Origin: Ruditapes philippinarum
Taxonomy: Eukaryota
DNA: 64,000 nucleotides
Assembly (NCBI RefSeq): GCF_026571515.1
Contig: NW_026855094.1
Location: 1 to 64,000 of the forward strand
Direction: 5' to 3'
A model generated the notes under the pieces. The model did not search any database and was not told where the DNA came from. It saw only the letters and a program-made list of their open reading frames with translations. Below, in pieces: positions 13,274-25,889 of this stretch (positions are counted from its first letter, which is position 1; every line of letters begins with the position of its first letter). Made by a program: the position numbers and the translations under genes.

Positions 13274-13481
13274 CCAAAATTGCCTTCGCAAATAAATGTG
13301 TCTGGAATAATGACTTTTATTATTTATAACTATTTCTTTATCGGTAGTTGTTGCCCTCTCTATGTTGGTGTCAAATATATCTTTATTAATTGTTTTTTAT
13401 GTATATTGTTTAAATATATCTAAAAGCTATTTGTTGTTTTGTGTTTTCCTTTTTTTGTCGTTTTCATGAATTCGATGTATT

Positions 13482-16400
13482 TCAACCACTCAACAACTTT
13501 GATAGATCTGAAATGAAATGGCGAACATTCTGAAACTTAAGAATATCACGTTTCATTTTTAAATAATGAAAAAGCACATGCATATCCTCTTTAAAAGAAA
13601 CACAAAAAATGTAAATGTTGGGATATTTTTGATCTTCAATAAATACTGTTCTATTCTTTGCAATAATAACTTAAAGAAAGTTAAAAATAGAAATCATAAT
13701 AATAATAAGACGAGCATTTTCAGATTGAGACATTTATTACCAAACAATTATTTTTTTTTAAAACCAATTATTATAATTTATTAAGGATATGCTTCCTTTT
13801 ATAGTTCAACGAATGACATCACTCATGTTACAAAAAAAAAGTTTTATGCTACTTGTTGAAACAAATAAAAATTCTTTTGCAAAAGTGAAGAAAAGTAAGT
13901 GAGATAAAGACTTTTAATGAGAAGTGAAATCCTTAAGATTACATAATTAAACATAAGAATATTTCTCAATAACTGTTTTAAACATCTAGGAAAAATGATG
14001 ACAAAATTGTTACTTTGTATGCCTTTCAATAAAGGAGTCACAGGTTCGAACTCCAGTCGGGTCACGGCATGTGACACCAATGCTGGTGAAAAATATAAGT
14101 TAATATAATGATTTGTGTAAAAAATAACAAAAAATGACGAAATAAGTTCTTACCTGGGACATTCACATTTTCAGAATCTGTCTCTAAACTTTCAATAATC
14201 TTATCAGCCTGTGCATTAGATAATGGTTCATCGCCAAGTTTCGTGAGAATCTCCCTAAAATCTGCTTTAGTGATGACAAAGCCGTCATTTGTATCAAACT
14301 TGGCAAAAGCTTCAGCAATTTCTTCGTTAATAGATTCCTGTGATTTAAGGTGGACAAATTGTTCAACAAAATCTCCAATTTCGTCTCGTTCTATCTTGTC
14401 ACCTTCTGGAAAAGAAATCATGTGAAAACACAATTTTTATAGCAACAGCGTGTTGATTAGTGAAATAAAATTTAAAAAGATAAGTAAAACCTTTCTGTTC
14501 CCTTATATTAAAGTCTTTCTTTTTACTAAACTACAAAACGACCTTTTCAGGAAAAAATGTTATTATTTCGTGCTCTGTAAATCCCAGTTTCTATAACTAA
14601 AAATCCTGAAATAAGGTCGGCAAAATACTGTACATATATTGAGCTGGATTGTCTGAGCAGAACATGCACTATAACATCGACAGCTTTACTCTATAAGGAC
14701 ATGTCAAATCTATGTACAATTCTCAATTGTTATAATTAAACGTTAATAAAAAAAGTTAAACGGTTTAAACAGCTATTACTTAATCTGCGGCCGGCATTCC
14801 TTTCATGGTTTCATAATACTTCGAAAAATACATATTTGGAAAGGAATTTTCTTATTCTACTTGAAAAGCAGTACCTCTATGACCGCCTTCCTGTATTTGC
14901 GTGTGAATGGTAGCTTAATATTATATTGATGATAATTATATCAACAGAAAACAACTGCTCAGAAGATATTGACCATTAACAAGCAATAAACTTTAAAATA
15001 CGAAATTAAATTTCTTCTCCGCCTGCGAGTGTATTGATCACGTCGTATTTTAAAAATTGGTTGATGATGATTGATGCCAAGTCAGTTGTTAAATAACAAG
15101 ACATAAACGTTGCAATTTTCTTGTAATAATTGATGGTTTGGAGTCCATTAAAATGTCAGTTTGTCTGACAACGTGCTGTTAACATGCAAACAAATTAGCA
15201 TATCTAACACGGCTACATATGAAATATGTTCTCCCCGTTACGAAAACATTAAAAAATGTTGCCAAAAACGATTTATAGCGCAAAATCAATATCTAAGAAA
15301 TTGTAAAAGTAAACATCCTAAGACTATATCTACTTTAATAATTTTGGAGGAAATTGGGCGAAACCCTGTTTATAAAGTGTATAAATCGGTTTAACATTTA
15401 CATTTTTTTTACAAACTTATTGATTAAAAGGTATCATCTCAAAGACTGTCAGTAATATAAGTTTTTACTAGATGGGGATTTGAACTGCCATTGAATGCGA
15501 AATGAATTCTTACGATAAAACCACATGGACTNNNNNNNNNNNNNNNNNNNNNNNNNNNNNNNNNNNNNNNNNNNNNNNNNNNNNNNNNNNNNNNNNNNNN
15601 NNNNNNNNNNNNNNNNNNNNNNNNNNNNNNNNNNNNNNNNNNNNNNNNNNNNNNNNNNNNNNNNNNNNNNNNNNNNNNNNNNNNNNNNNNNNNNNNNNNN
15701 NNNNNNNNNNNNNNNNNNNNNNNNNNNNNNNNNNNNNNNNNNNNNNNNNNNNNNNNNNNNNNNNNNNNNNNNNNNNNNNNNNNNNNNNNNNNNNNNNNNN
15801 NNNNNNNNNNNNNNNNNNNNNNNNNNNNNNNNNNNNNNNNNNNNNNNNNNNNNNNNNNNNNNNNNNNNNNNNNNNNNNNNNNNATTGTCATCTCTTTCTT
15901 AGTAGGGTTCTGACCAATCAATTGTAACACTTCACGAACACCATGCTTGTCCATTTTACCAACTTTTTCTTTATCTATCTGGTCAAATGCTTCTTTGATA
16001 GCTGAATAAGCGAAATCAAACTTTGTGAAAATGACCTAAAGGAAATTTATATACTTTCGATGAGTATTATTAATGGGGTAAAATTGCTTTGTTATACTCA
16101 TACTATGTTAATTATAACAATAAGTTGGAATAGAAATTTAACTAAGAAAAATGATTGTAAAGCAATGTTTACATGTGTATAACATAAGATAAACGATAAA
16201 AGTTGGTTTGATATTAACACTAAGTTTATAATGTTTCGAAAAATACCGACCTTCCTTCAATGCTTTTGATAATTTCTGAAACAAAAAGAAAGTGGTATGA
16301 ACTTTAAATAATACTTTTCAGTTGTTTTTTTTTTAAATAGATAACGGCATTGGATATAACGCATTAATAAATCTTGGCTGTTGGTTAGAATCTCTCTATT

Positions 16401-16807
16401 GTTTTTGAATTCTTTAATGTGAGGAATTTCTTTGGCTAGCTTATAGAAGATCGGTGGTTCTACTCAGATGCCCACTCTTCTTCGCGAATAAAGCTGGAAA
16501 GTCGCAACTAATATCTTAAAACGTGTTTGTGCGACATAAAACACAGACGCATTAAATCAAGCGGATGATCACGCGATAATGTTCGGTGATCTAATGAGCT
16601 TGAGGAATTGATAATTTAAATGTAAAATGGTATTCAAAATGTGGTGAAAGGTTCAGCATTTGTTTATAACTTTTCTACATTATATTTAATATAAAGCAGG
16701 ATGAAGTTGAAATCTTTTTACATAAGGAATAATAACATTATGAAATGAAAAATTATACAATTAAAATACAAAATATAAAAAATATGAATTTTCCATACCT
16801 GTGTCAT
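13482..16807 (-). CDS. Divergent calmodulin-like EF-hand protein B (~150 aa)
   Basis: Exons 16807-16799 (ATG ACA CAG), 16275-16251, 16001 into the N-gap, 14405-14154, 13507-13482: MTQKLSKALKEAIKEAFDQIDKEKVGKMD...IGQNPTKKEM...EEIAEAFAKFDTNDGFVITKADFREILTKLGDEPLS...DLSKLLSG*. Confidence 0.87.
15532..15883. other. Assembly gap (352 N) interrupting exon 3 of gene B
   Basis: Run of N; the coding frame runs into it. Confidence 0.99.
16345..16545 (+). mobile_element. Degraded SINE in intron 1 of gene B
   Basis: ATGTGAGGAA...GGCTAGCTTATAGAAGATCGGTGGTTCTACTCAGATGCCC matches the reverse complement of the 3407-3663 body. Confidence 0.65.
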
Positions 16808-17176
16808 GTTTATTATATTATTCAAATTGTTTTCTGTCCCACCGAAAACTTACAGATATATTCATTCTAGGGGTAGACATAAGAACAAATGTAAAACGAT
16901 AGTGTGCAATCATTCTTCCATTTCGTTTTGATATACAAATTGTATACATACTTAAAACAAAGACCGCTAAAAATATAACATACGCAAAAGTGTATTGATA
17001 AAACAAAAGAACAATCCCACGAAGTGTGCTTAAGAAAAAGTAAAATAAAATCAATGTGTTAACAATAATATATTCAAACTGTTTGCGAAATTTAAAATAC
17101 AAGGTGCCAATGTTTATGTGCGTCAGCATGTTGAAATAATTTCAAAAACGTCTTGACACTGTTCTTTTGTTGTTTT

Positions 17177-20100
17177 TCACCCCATGAACAACCGAGATAA
17201 CTCTGAAATAGATGAAAACGATATCATTTTGAACCAACAAAAACAACAACAACAGTACAAATGTCAAAACTCTTTGGACTTTCATTATAATTCTTGCATT
17301 GAAAGAAATGAAATAAGAATATAAAGTCCATATTGTAATGATTTTATTCACGTGCACTATTAACATATGGTGACTTATAAACGTTCCGGCTAGATTTCGG
17401 ATAGTCGGTGGTTTTTCTCAGAACTTCGATCCCTTGTGATCGAATTAATGTACGAACGGCTACCACTAAATTTGTAAAGCCGCGTTACAGGGTCGTTGTG
17501 ACTGAAACCCGAACAAAATAAAAACCAGTTCTAAGACCTTAAAGTGACACTAGATGTTGCTCCGTGCATTATTGTAGACCTTTCGAAAAGTCCACACCTG
17601 AGATAAACTATTCACTTTCAATAATTATTATAACAGTGGATAACTTCCTCACATACCCTAGGAAAATTCAAAGACATTGCTTTGAAGTTAGTGTAATGTT
17701 TTAGTTTTTAGAAGCTCGTGAATCTTAAAACCCATCCTTTTAAGTCTGTATTGGAAACTGTTTTCGAATCAGTTGAAATTAGTTTGCCAAAAAATAAAAG
17801 AAATTGACATAAGAAAACACCCAAACATCATGCTTATATACCTGTAACATTATACTTCCCGCTGTTCTCTATATTTTTCAAACTTTCTATCAAGGTCTCT
17901 GCATCGCCATCAGTTAAAGGTTCATCACCAAGTTTGGTCATCACTTTTTGAAATTCTTCTTTACTTATAGAAAGATCGCGGTCATCACGGAATTTTTCAA
18001 ACGCCTCCGTAAGCTCTTTGTCGATCTCTTCCTTTGTTTTGAAAGGTATATGTTGTTCAACAAATTCAATAAATTCGGCTAACGTAAAAGTGCCATTACC
18101 TTTATGGAAAAAAATAAAAAAGTCATTATCTTGGTATAGTATTTCATATCTAACTCCTGCAAAAGCATTATTATTCGAGGATTACTATTTTTCGTAGTCT
18201 TGTGGGTTGGTAAATCAACGAATTTTGATATTCAACGATTTTTTTCGCGCCTGTCGTACAATTATTGTTACATATCTAAAGTATTTGTATTATATTTATT
18301 GGAAAAAAAGACAAACCGCGAATTTAAGAGCCAAAATGTCCTTTTTTGATAGGACCACGAAATTGTATGCCTACAAAATTAGGTGAATTGACAGTATTTT
18401 AACACAAAATGCTTGGTATTAAAGCCAGGCACGATTGCATTTCACTAAGGTTTAGCAGACACATCACTGTTTAATACTCAGTGCCATTATTTTGCGGTTG
18501 AATTTCCTTGAATTATCGAAACTTAACCGACCAACCTGTTTATACAGGGATTTGAGAGTGTGTCTACAAGCTCATAGCTTCCTTTAAAATATAACTAAAA
18601 TAGATTCTATGTAAACCAATGGTTGGATACTACATCATCGCGTACTTGCAAAATGCTACCAATCGGACATTTTTGTGTAAATATCCTTTCGATAAAGATG
18701 AGCGTCAATTTGGTAGGTAGTTGGTAGTTGGATATTCGAATAACCAACTACCTATACTAGCTGATAGTTGGTTATTCGTAGTTACCAACTATTTTAGAGG
18801 TGCATGGTAGTTGGTAAATCAATCCACTATCACCAGCATGAAATGTAAGAACGCTTCGTACATTATAAACACAGAATAAAAGAGGGGACCTAGATGTTTA
18901 TCTCGCAAATCCCAAAACTACCTACCAAAGTTCGAATTACTAACTACCTTCTGGTAGGTAGTTGGAGATTCACATAAATAACCAACTGTGTCCCCTGCTC
19001 GATGTAGGGAGACGTGGTGATACCATTTGCTAGAATTAATCTATCTTGTCATATATCTGTTACTTTATTGTGAAAAGTTTTTTTCTAGGGACTATTATAT
19101 CTTAGAGACTACGTACAAGAAGTTCGAATAACCAACTATCTTCTGGTTGGTAGTTTGGGATTAAAGCTAATTAATAACCAACTGAGTCCCCTGGTCGATT
19201 TACGGTGAAGAGGTGTCACCATATTATAGAAAACACATATTTAGTTATATGACCGTAACATTTGTTCAGAAAACAAAGCTTTGTTTTCCAGAGAAATATA
19301 TGTACAATCCGAATTACCAACTACCTTCCATGGCAGTATGTAGTTTTGTATTCAGGCAAAAAAAAACAACAAACAAAAGTCTCATGGAGGACATAGGGAG
19401 ACAGGGTGTTTCAATGTTGAAGAATACAGCTATCTTACTATATATCCGTCATTTTACTGTTGTTTTTATGGGTAAGCATGCAATGTTTTTTTCGAATTAC
19501 CAACTGCCTTCTGGTAGGTAGTTGTGGATTCGCGCGAATAACCAACTGTGTCCCTTAGTCGATTTATAGTGAAGGGGTGTTACCATATTATAGAAAACAC
19601 ATATATTGTTATATAACCGTAACATTTGTTAACCATTAACATGCATTCAATACTAGTATGCGAAGTGTTGTTTGCAATATGTAAATTACTGTCTTAGTTC
19701 ACTCGAAAATAGTTTACCTTTAATTTAGATTAAATTTTTAAAATTTTCATGAAAATAAGCATGAGTCTGGGGCTTTGCTGCTTTAACAGACTATTCTCAC
19801 CTAATTTCCGCCAACGGTAATATTTTAACATGTGAAAATTAGATTAAATAGACTTGTCTCAACCCGTCATTTATCATTAAGGTGATTCCGCTTTTGTCAG
19901 ACCATGTTTTGTTTTCACAAACCTCTGTCCAAAGTGGAAAGTAGGCAAAATTCACTATAACAACAAAGCTCTTATTGTAAAATGCATGAACCATTTGAAA
20001 GTACACTTCCAGGTTTATATTTTTAAGGACGAATTATAAAACAAAATAAAAATGATAACAATAAGAATATTTACCTTGAAAGTGCTACATTTCTGAAGAA

Positions 20101-23100
20101 CCAAAAACATTCTGTTGCAAAGTTTTATACACATTTCATGAATGGCAAAATCCTTTTTTTTTAAGTCTGTTTTAGTTGCCTACAAAAAGCTATTTTTTTG
20201 CAGCAAATACAAAAATCTTTCAAAAACTTAACTCCCAAATAAATCCATATCTATGTCCTTCTAAGCACATGGCCTCCATTATTTTTTGGTAAAAAAGTAG
20301 TGCAAGAAAACAATCATCATTTTATAGCCTTATGAACTACTATTAAAAATAAAACACCTATCAAACTTTAAAATCTAACCTTTTTATGTGTAACAGTGAA
20401 TTGTGTCTGTTTGTCATGTACACAAGTAGATAGGTAATGATGTTTATTTTCATGGTACTACTTTTTTACACATGTCATTGTAGGCCATGTTTTTTTTCAA
20501 AGGTCAGATAAACTACACTTCCTAAGGTTTATATTTTTTAAAGTTTTTTGTATTTTCTGCAAAAAAAATAGCTTTTGTAGGCATTAAAACAGACTTTAAA
20601 AAGGATTTTTTGCCATTCATGAAATGTGCATAAAAAACTTTGCAACAGAATGTTTTTTGGTCTTCAGAAATGTAGCACATTCAAGGTAATTTTCTATTAT
20701 GTTATCATTTTATTATTTTGTTTTAAAATAGTCTTTAAAACATAGAACTGGAAGCTGTACTTGGCAAATGGCTCATCATATAAACAATGTAAAGCTTTTG
20801 TTGTTATATGAATTTTGGCCTACTTTCACTTTAGACCCACATAGTGAAAACAAACATGGCTGACAAAGCAGAATCACCTTAACTACAAATATTCATTTCA
20901 GTTTACTTATTGTCATTGTAAGAACTGCGATTCTATTTCACGAATCATGGCTTTTCTGGTATGGTTTTTTTATTGCCAATGCCTGTCAACAGTCTTACTT
21001 ATTTTCCTTGTGTTTAGTCTGAAAGCTTTGTGTTTTGGATAAACCTTTTACTGTAGATGAAATTATCGGTGCTGTTAAATCATTAAAAAGGGGAAAGTCT
21101 CCCGGAAAGGATTTTTTGTTAAACGAGTATTTTATTGAATCAATCGACATATTAGCGTCCCATATTTGTGATATTTTTAATTGTATACTTGATACCGGTT
21201 TTTTCCCGGATTCATGGACGGAGGTATAATTATACCGTTACATAAAAAGGGGGACACTGATAACGCTAACAATTATAGAGGCATAACACTTGTTAGTTGT
21301 ATGTCAAAGTTGTTTACATCAGTTATCAATAAAGAGGATAATAAATTATTGTGAACAAAATCAATGTATTATCTGATGCTCAATTTGGATTCCGTGAAGG
21401 GAAAATCTTACTGTTGATGCTTATATATATATTGTTGTCTGTAGTACAAAAATATTTAAATGAAAATAAACGTTTATATTGTGTATTTGTTGATTTCCGA
21501 AAGGCTTTTGATTTGTGTTTATAGAAATGCCTTATGGTTGAAAATTATATAAGTTTGGTATAAGAGGTAAACTTCTGCGTATAGTAAAAAGATATGTATA
21601 ATGAGGTACAATCTATGTGTAAAACATTGAAAATACCTTTTCTGAATTTTTCGAAATATGCTATAGGACTATGTCAAGGGGAGGTAATTTCGCCAATTTT
21701 ATTTTCGTTGTTTATTGATGATGTAGAAATTATTCTTAGAACAAGATAATTAGTAGTGGCCTTCAAATTAATGACATTATACTTATGCTATTACTTTTTG
21801 CTGATGACATGGTTATACTAGGTAATTCAGTTTTCAGAGTTATTAAATACAAGTTTTAAAGTCTTTTTATATACTTATTGTAAAAAGTGGAGTTAGAGTT
21901 AATGTAGAAAAAGACTAAAGTGGTTGTTTTTAGGAAACGTGGTGGGTTATTACAGGCAAGAAGAATTTTTGTATAATGACATAAAGCTAGATGTTGTTAA
22001 TGATTTTTAATTACCTCGGTGTTATTTTTTTTAACTATACTGGGCACATTTATTTTAAATCAGAGCAGGTTAGTTTGAAAAGCTGATGAAGGCCATTGAA
22101 TATTTTAACTTATTAATTGTAAGAAATAACAATTTTTAAAACCTAAAATCTTTATGCCCAGTATATTTGATTCTTTTGTAGGTTCAATTCTTTGTTATGC
22201 ATCTTGAAATATGGGGTACACAGTAAGTCAAAGGTAATTAGAAAGAGTACATCTCAGATTTTTTTGTAAAAGGATATTAAATGTTAGGTTAAATACATGT
22301 AATGCAGCTGTTTATGGAGAACTAGGACGTTATCCATTATTTGTAAACAAGATATGTAAAAATTGTAAAATATTGGTTAAAGCTACTACAAACTGATAAT
22401 ATTATTTTGAAAGAAATATATCACATGTCTTATTAATGATTGTACAAGTGGTAAACGTAACTGGTTATCTGCAATGTCAAAGATATGTTGTACACTTATG
22501 GTTTTATGGATGTTATGGGAGAATCAAGGTTGTGTTTGTCATAAATCTTTTTATCTGCGAATTTTAAGCAACGGTGTAATAGATAACTTTTTACAAAACT
22601 GGCATTTCTGACATAATGCGTAGCCCAGTTTTGAATTTGTATAATTAATTAATTTGAAGAGTGGGTTTGGTTATATGAGACATTAATCTAGATAATGCAT
22701 CCATCACAAAGAAGGAATCTTAGAACATCCTCTTAATAGTAGAATACGTATCTGTCATTCTACATTAGATTCAGCATACCAACCGGTACGTTATGGATTT
22801 AAAACAGATTCTAGAAATAACGAATCATTGTATATATTCGTAATGCTTCGTCGTATGCAGATGTAATACATTATATCATTGTACTGTACTCTGTATATTC
22901 TTGAAATTCGTACAAGTTTATAATAATGACTACTGTGTTAGACAAGTATGCTTCAAAACTTTATTGAATGATTAAAATTGTTATTTATAAGAAATATTTG
23001 CGTACTTTGGCTTATATATCGAGACTCCTCTGGCTAATAGATATATCAATCGTCTATATTAGTATGTATAATGAATGGTATACTCTATTTAGGACGTAAA

Positions 23101-25858
23101 TAGAATATTGGTCATGTCGCTATTGCTTACTAGTCATATGTTCAGATGTAAACGTAGGTGTATGTAAGCAGTCTATAAGCTATAATTTATGTACCATTAA
23201 ATGTCACTCGTGACTGAATGTTAGCTATAATTTAAAGTGTGTAATGTGATTAAGAATAACAAGTCGTGTACATGTACAGGAAGGTCTTGATAAACAATTC
23301 TAGTTATGCTGTTACTGTATTCTTCTACACACTCACTCGTATTCACGCAACCAGGGCGTAATATTGCTCAGCAATTACCTGAATTAATTAAAACAATTTA
23401 CATTAGTCAATCGTTAAAACAGCTCATATTATAACATAATATAAAAGTTAGTTTGAAACCAACTCCTATATATGTGCAATTGTGTTACTTTCATAACTCC
23501 TTTCAGGCGCTGTCTCTCTCAATTGCAAATACCTGCTCCTCCTCAAGGACTTCGAATGATAGTATAAATCATTGCTACTCGGGAATATCTGTGCGTCAGT
23601 GGTTTACAACGATCTTGACTCACTGAATCACAACAGGAGGAATTCGCGAGTTCGATCCCGCTAACTCTAATCTCAACAAAAATAACATCCTTTCGTTATT
23701 GATAGTAATAATAGATAATTAAAATTAATAATAGGAGAAACTTCAACTCATCACTAACATAACAGGACACTAATCAAATCACTGACACACAGAAAACACC
23801 TACTCAAACACTGAACAACAGGGACAACTACTCAAAATCCCGAACACATAGGACACTACTCACTACTGACACACAGCTTATAGGGAGCAAATAATATGAT
23901 GAACACTGATACAGCTAGAGCACCCTACTACATTCACAACCCGAACACATAAGAAAGTACTAACAAACACTGGTACACAGAACACTAGACTTAAATACAC
24001 TTGGCACGGAACACTACAACCATGACACATAACGTCACTATTCTACAATGCATATACCTGAGGAATCTACTGACCTACTTGCATAAGATACGAGACTACT
24101 ACAACTGACATAACATACTCAACATGCACACAGGACAAATACTGGTCATAGCACTTAGCTATTACAGGGACACCTAGTCAATCATCCTCCACTACCTATG
24201 TCACTAGCTGTGAGACTTCTGGCACACATGACTCACTAACTCAAACACTCGACAAGAACACTATCTCACACTGGGACACATGACACTGACATCGATAGTA
24301 TTACACTACTACGCTGAGATACGCCACAATATACGTAGAAAGTCATAGTACGCTCTGTGTTACGTCAATGTTTCCATGTGTCTAGTAGGCTCATTTTTGT
24401 ATGTACCGCTGTATCGAGTTGGTGTCCTGTGCTCGTATATGTCATGTGGTTGAGTAGTGTTCTGTGTTGTGTCATTTGATTTACAATCCTGTTGTCCGTG
24501 TTTAAGCTATCTTGGTGCTGTGAAATGATCCTATAGTGTCGTGTAACGTGTCCAGTTGGAGATGACACCTGTGTTAGTATAGTGACTAACTAGTTGTAGC
24601 GCGTTTGTGTATGTTCGTTGTACTTGTTCATGCAGTGTTCAGTGATTCTGTATTCTCTAGTTTATTGTCACTGTCTGGTTATGCTGATAGTCGGGGTAGT
24701 CGGCTTAGTTATTTTAAATTTTAATGGTGTCGGCAATCTCTGCCTGTATATATGTTTTTGCAATGATAGTCTGTGTATGGAATTTGTAACAACCTTGTGT
24801 ATTTTCTTTGGCAGTCGTACTATGTATGTTATTAATCGTCTTGTGTATTACTGTGACGTACCAATGATCCTATTCTAGGTATTGCTTAAATTAAGATAAC
24901 TGTCTATGTAGTTTCCGAATATATAATCCGCGGTGTTCGTGTGTTTATGTGAAATTAGTTGTTTTTTTGTAGCTATTGTGTCGTGTGGTTCACCTCGTAA
25001 GTTGATATGATAAATTACAGCACAAGGATGTCTTAGTGGGCTTTCTCCAATATGATGTGTCTCTTTCAGCCATACCTAATTCCAAAATTATTCTTCTGTT
25101 AGGTGATTATTTCTCATAAGTTTAATGATTCATTTTTGATAGTATTTCTGTCTACTATTAACTATTTGTTATAGTGTAAGGTGATAGTTCTTTTATTTAT
25201 ATTTATTTAATTTGCATATATTGACTTTTAAGACCATACTTGACTATTGTTGTTTCATTGACAGTCTTTATTAGTCTATTACCAATGGTCTTACTCCTTT
25301 ACGCCGAACAAGTTAAATTGTATAGTACGCCAGGGGTTTTATAGGATGGACTAAGTATCTTAATCGTGCAGTTCTTGTTAGTATGTAATAAAGCCGTACT
25401 TGGTTGACGTGAGGTTTAGGGAAACAAGTAGTCAATCTTCGTTGTGGGTTAGCTGTCGGACTATACGTATGGTAGTGTGGAGTTAATTAGAAGTTTTTTG
25501 TTGGCCATAAGGTGTGTGCAAAGCGTCTAGGGATTTGGATGAATACAATAAAGCCATCTGTGACGAACCGTTGAGTCGCGCTCGGGAAATGTGGCGTGTG
25601 ACCGAAAAAAGTTGGCCAAAATGAAATGTGGGTGTTCCAGAGGGTGCGAGGGTGTGGGGGGGTGGTAGCGAAGGAGTGGGCGGGGGTGGAGTGGTGCTCT
25701 TTTGTGCATACTTTTTGTATTTGGTGGGGGCGTGGGGGGTGGGGTGTTGTGTTTATAGCTAGTGTGGATTTGTTTGCGTGTTGGTGGGGTGTTGCTTGGG
25801 TTGGGGGGGTGGTGATTAATGTTCTGGATGTTTGGGTCTGTGATTGGGGGGGGGTGGT

Positions 25859-25889
<31 letters not shown>

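Noticed and set aside
15439-15954. ORFs spanning the N run
   Set aside because: Artefacts of translating the gap; only the 15884-16001 minus-strand part is a real exon
18930-19560. CRISPR-like regularly spaced palindromic repeats
   Set aside because: The intervening sequences are homologous to each other (~190-bp tandem units), the context is a eukaryotic intron and there are no cas genes
22600-25850. Apparent large inversion centred near 24350
   Set aside because: Strand composition flips amid very error-rich sequence, as expected from an unpolished fold-back long read; not trustworthy without raw reads
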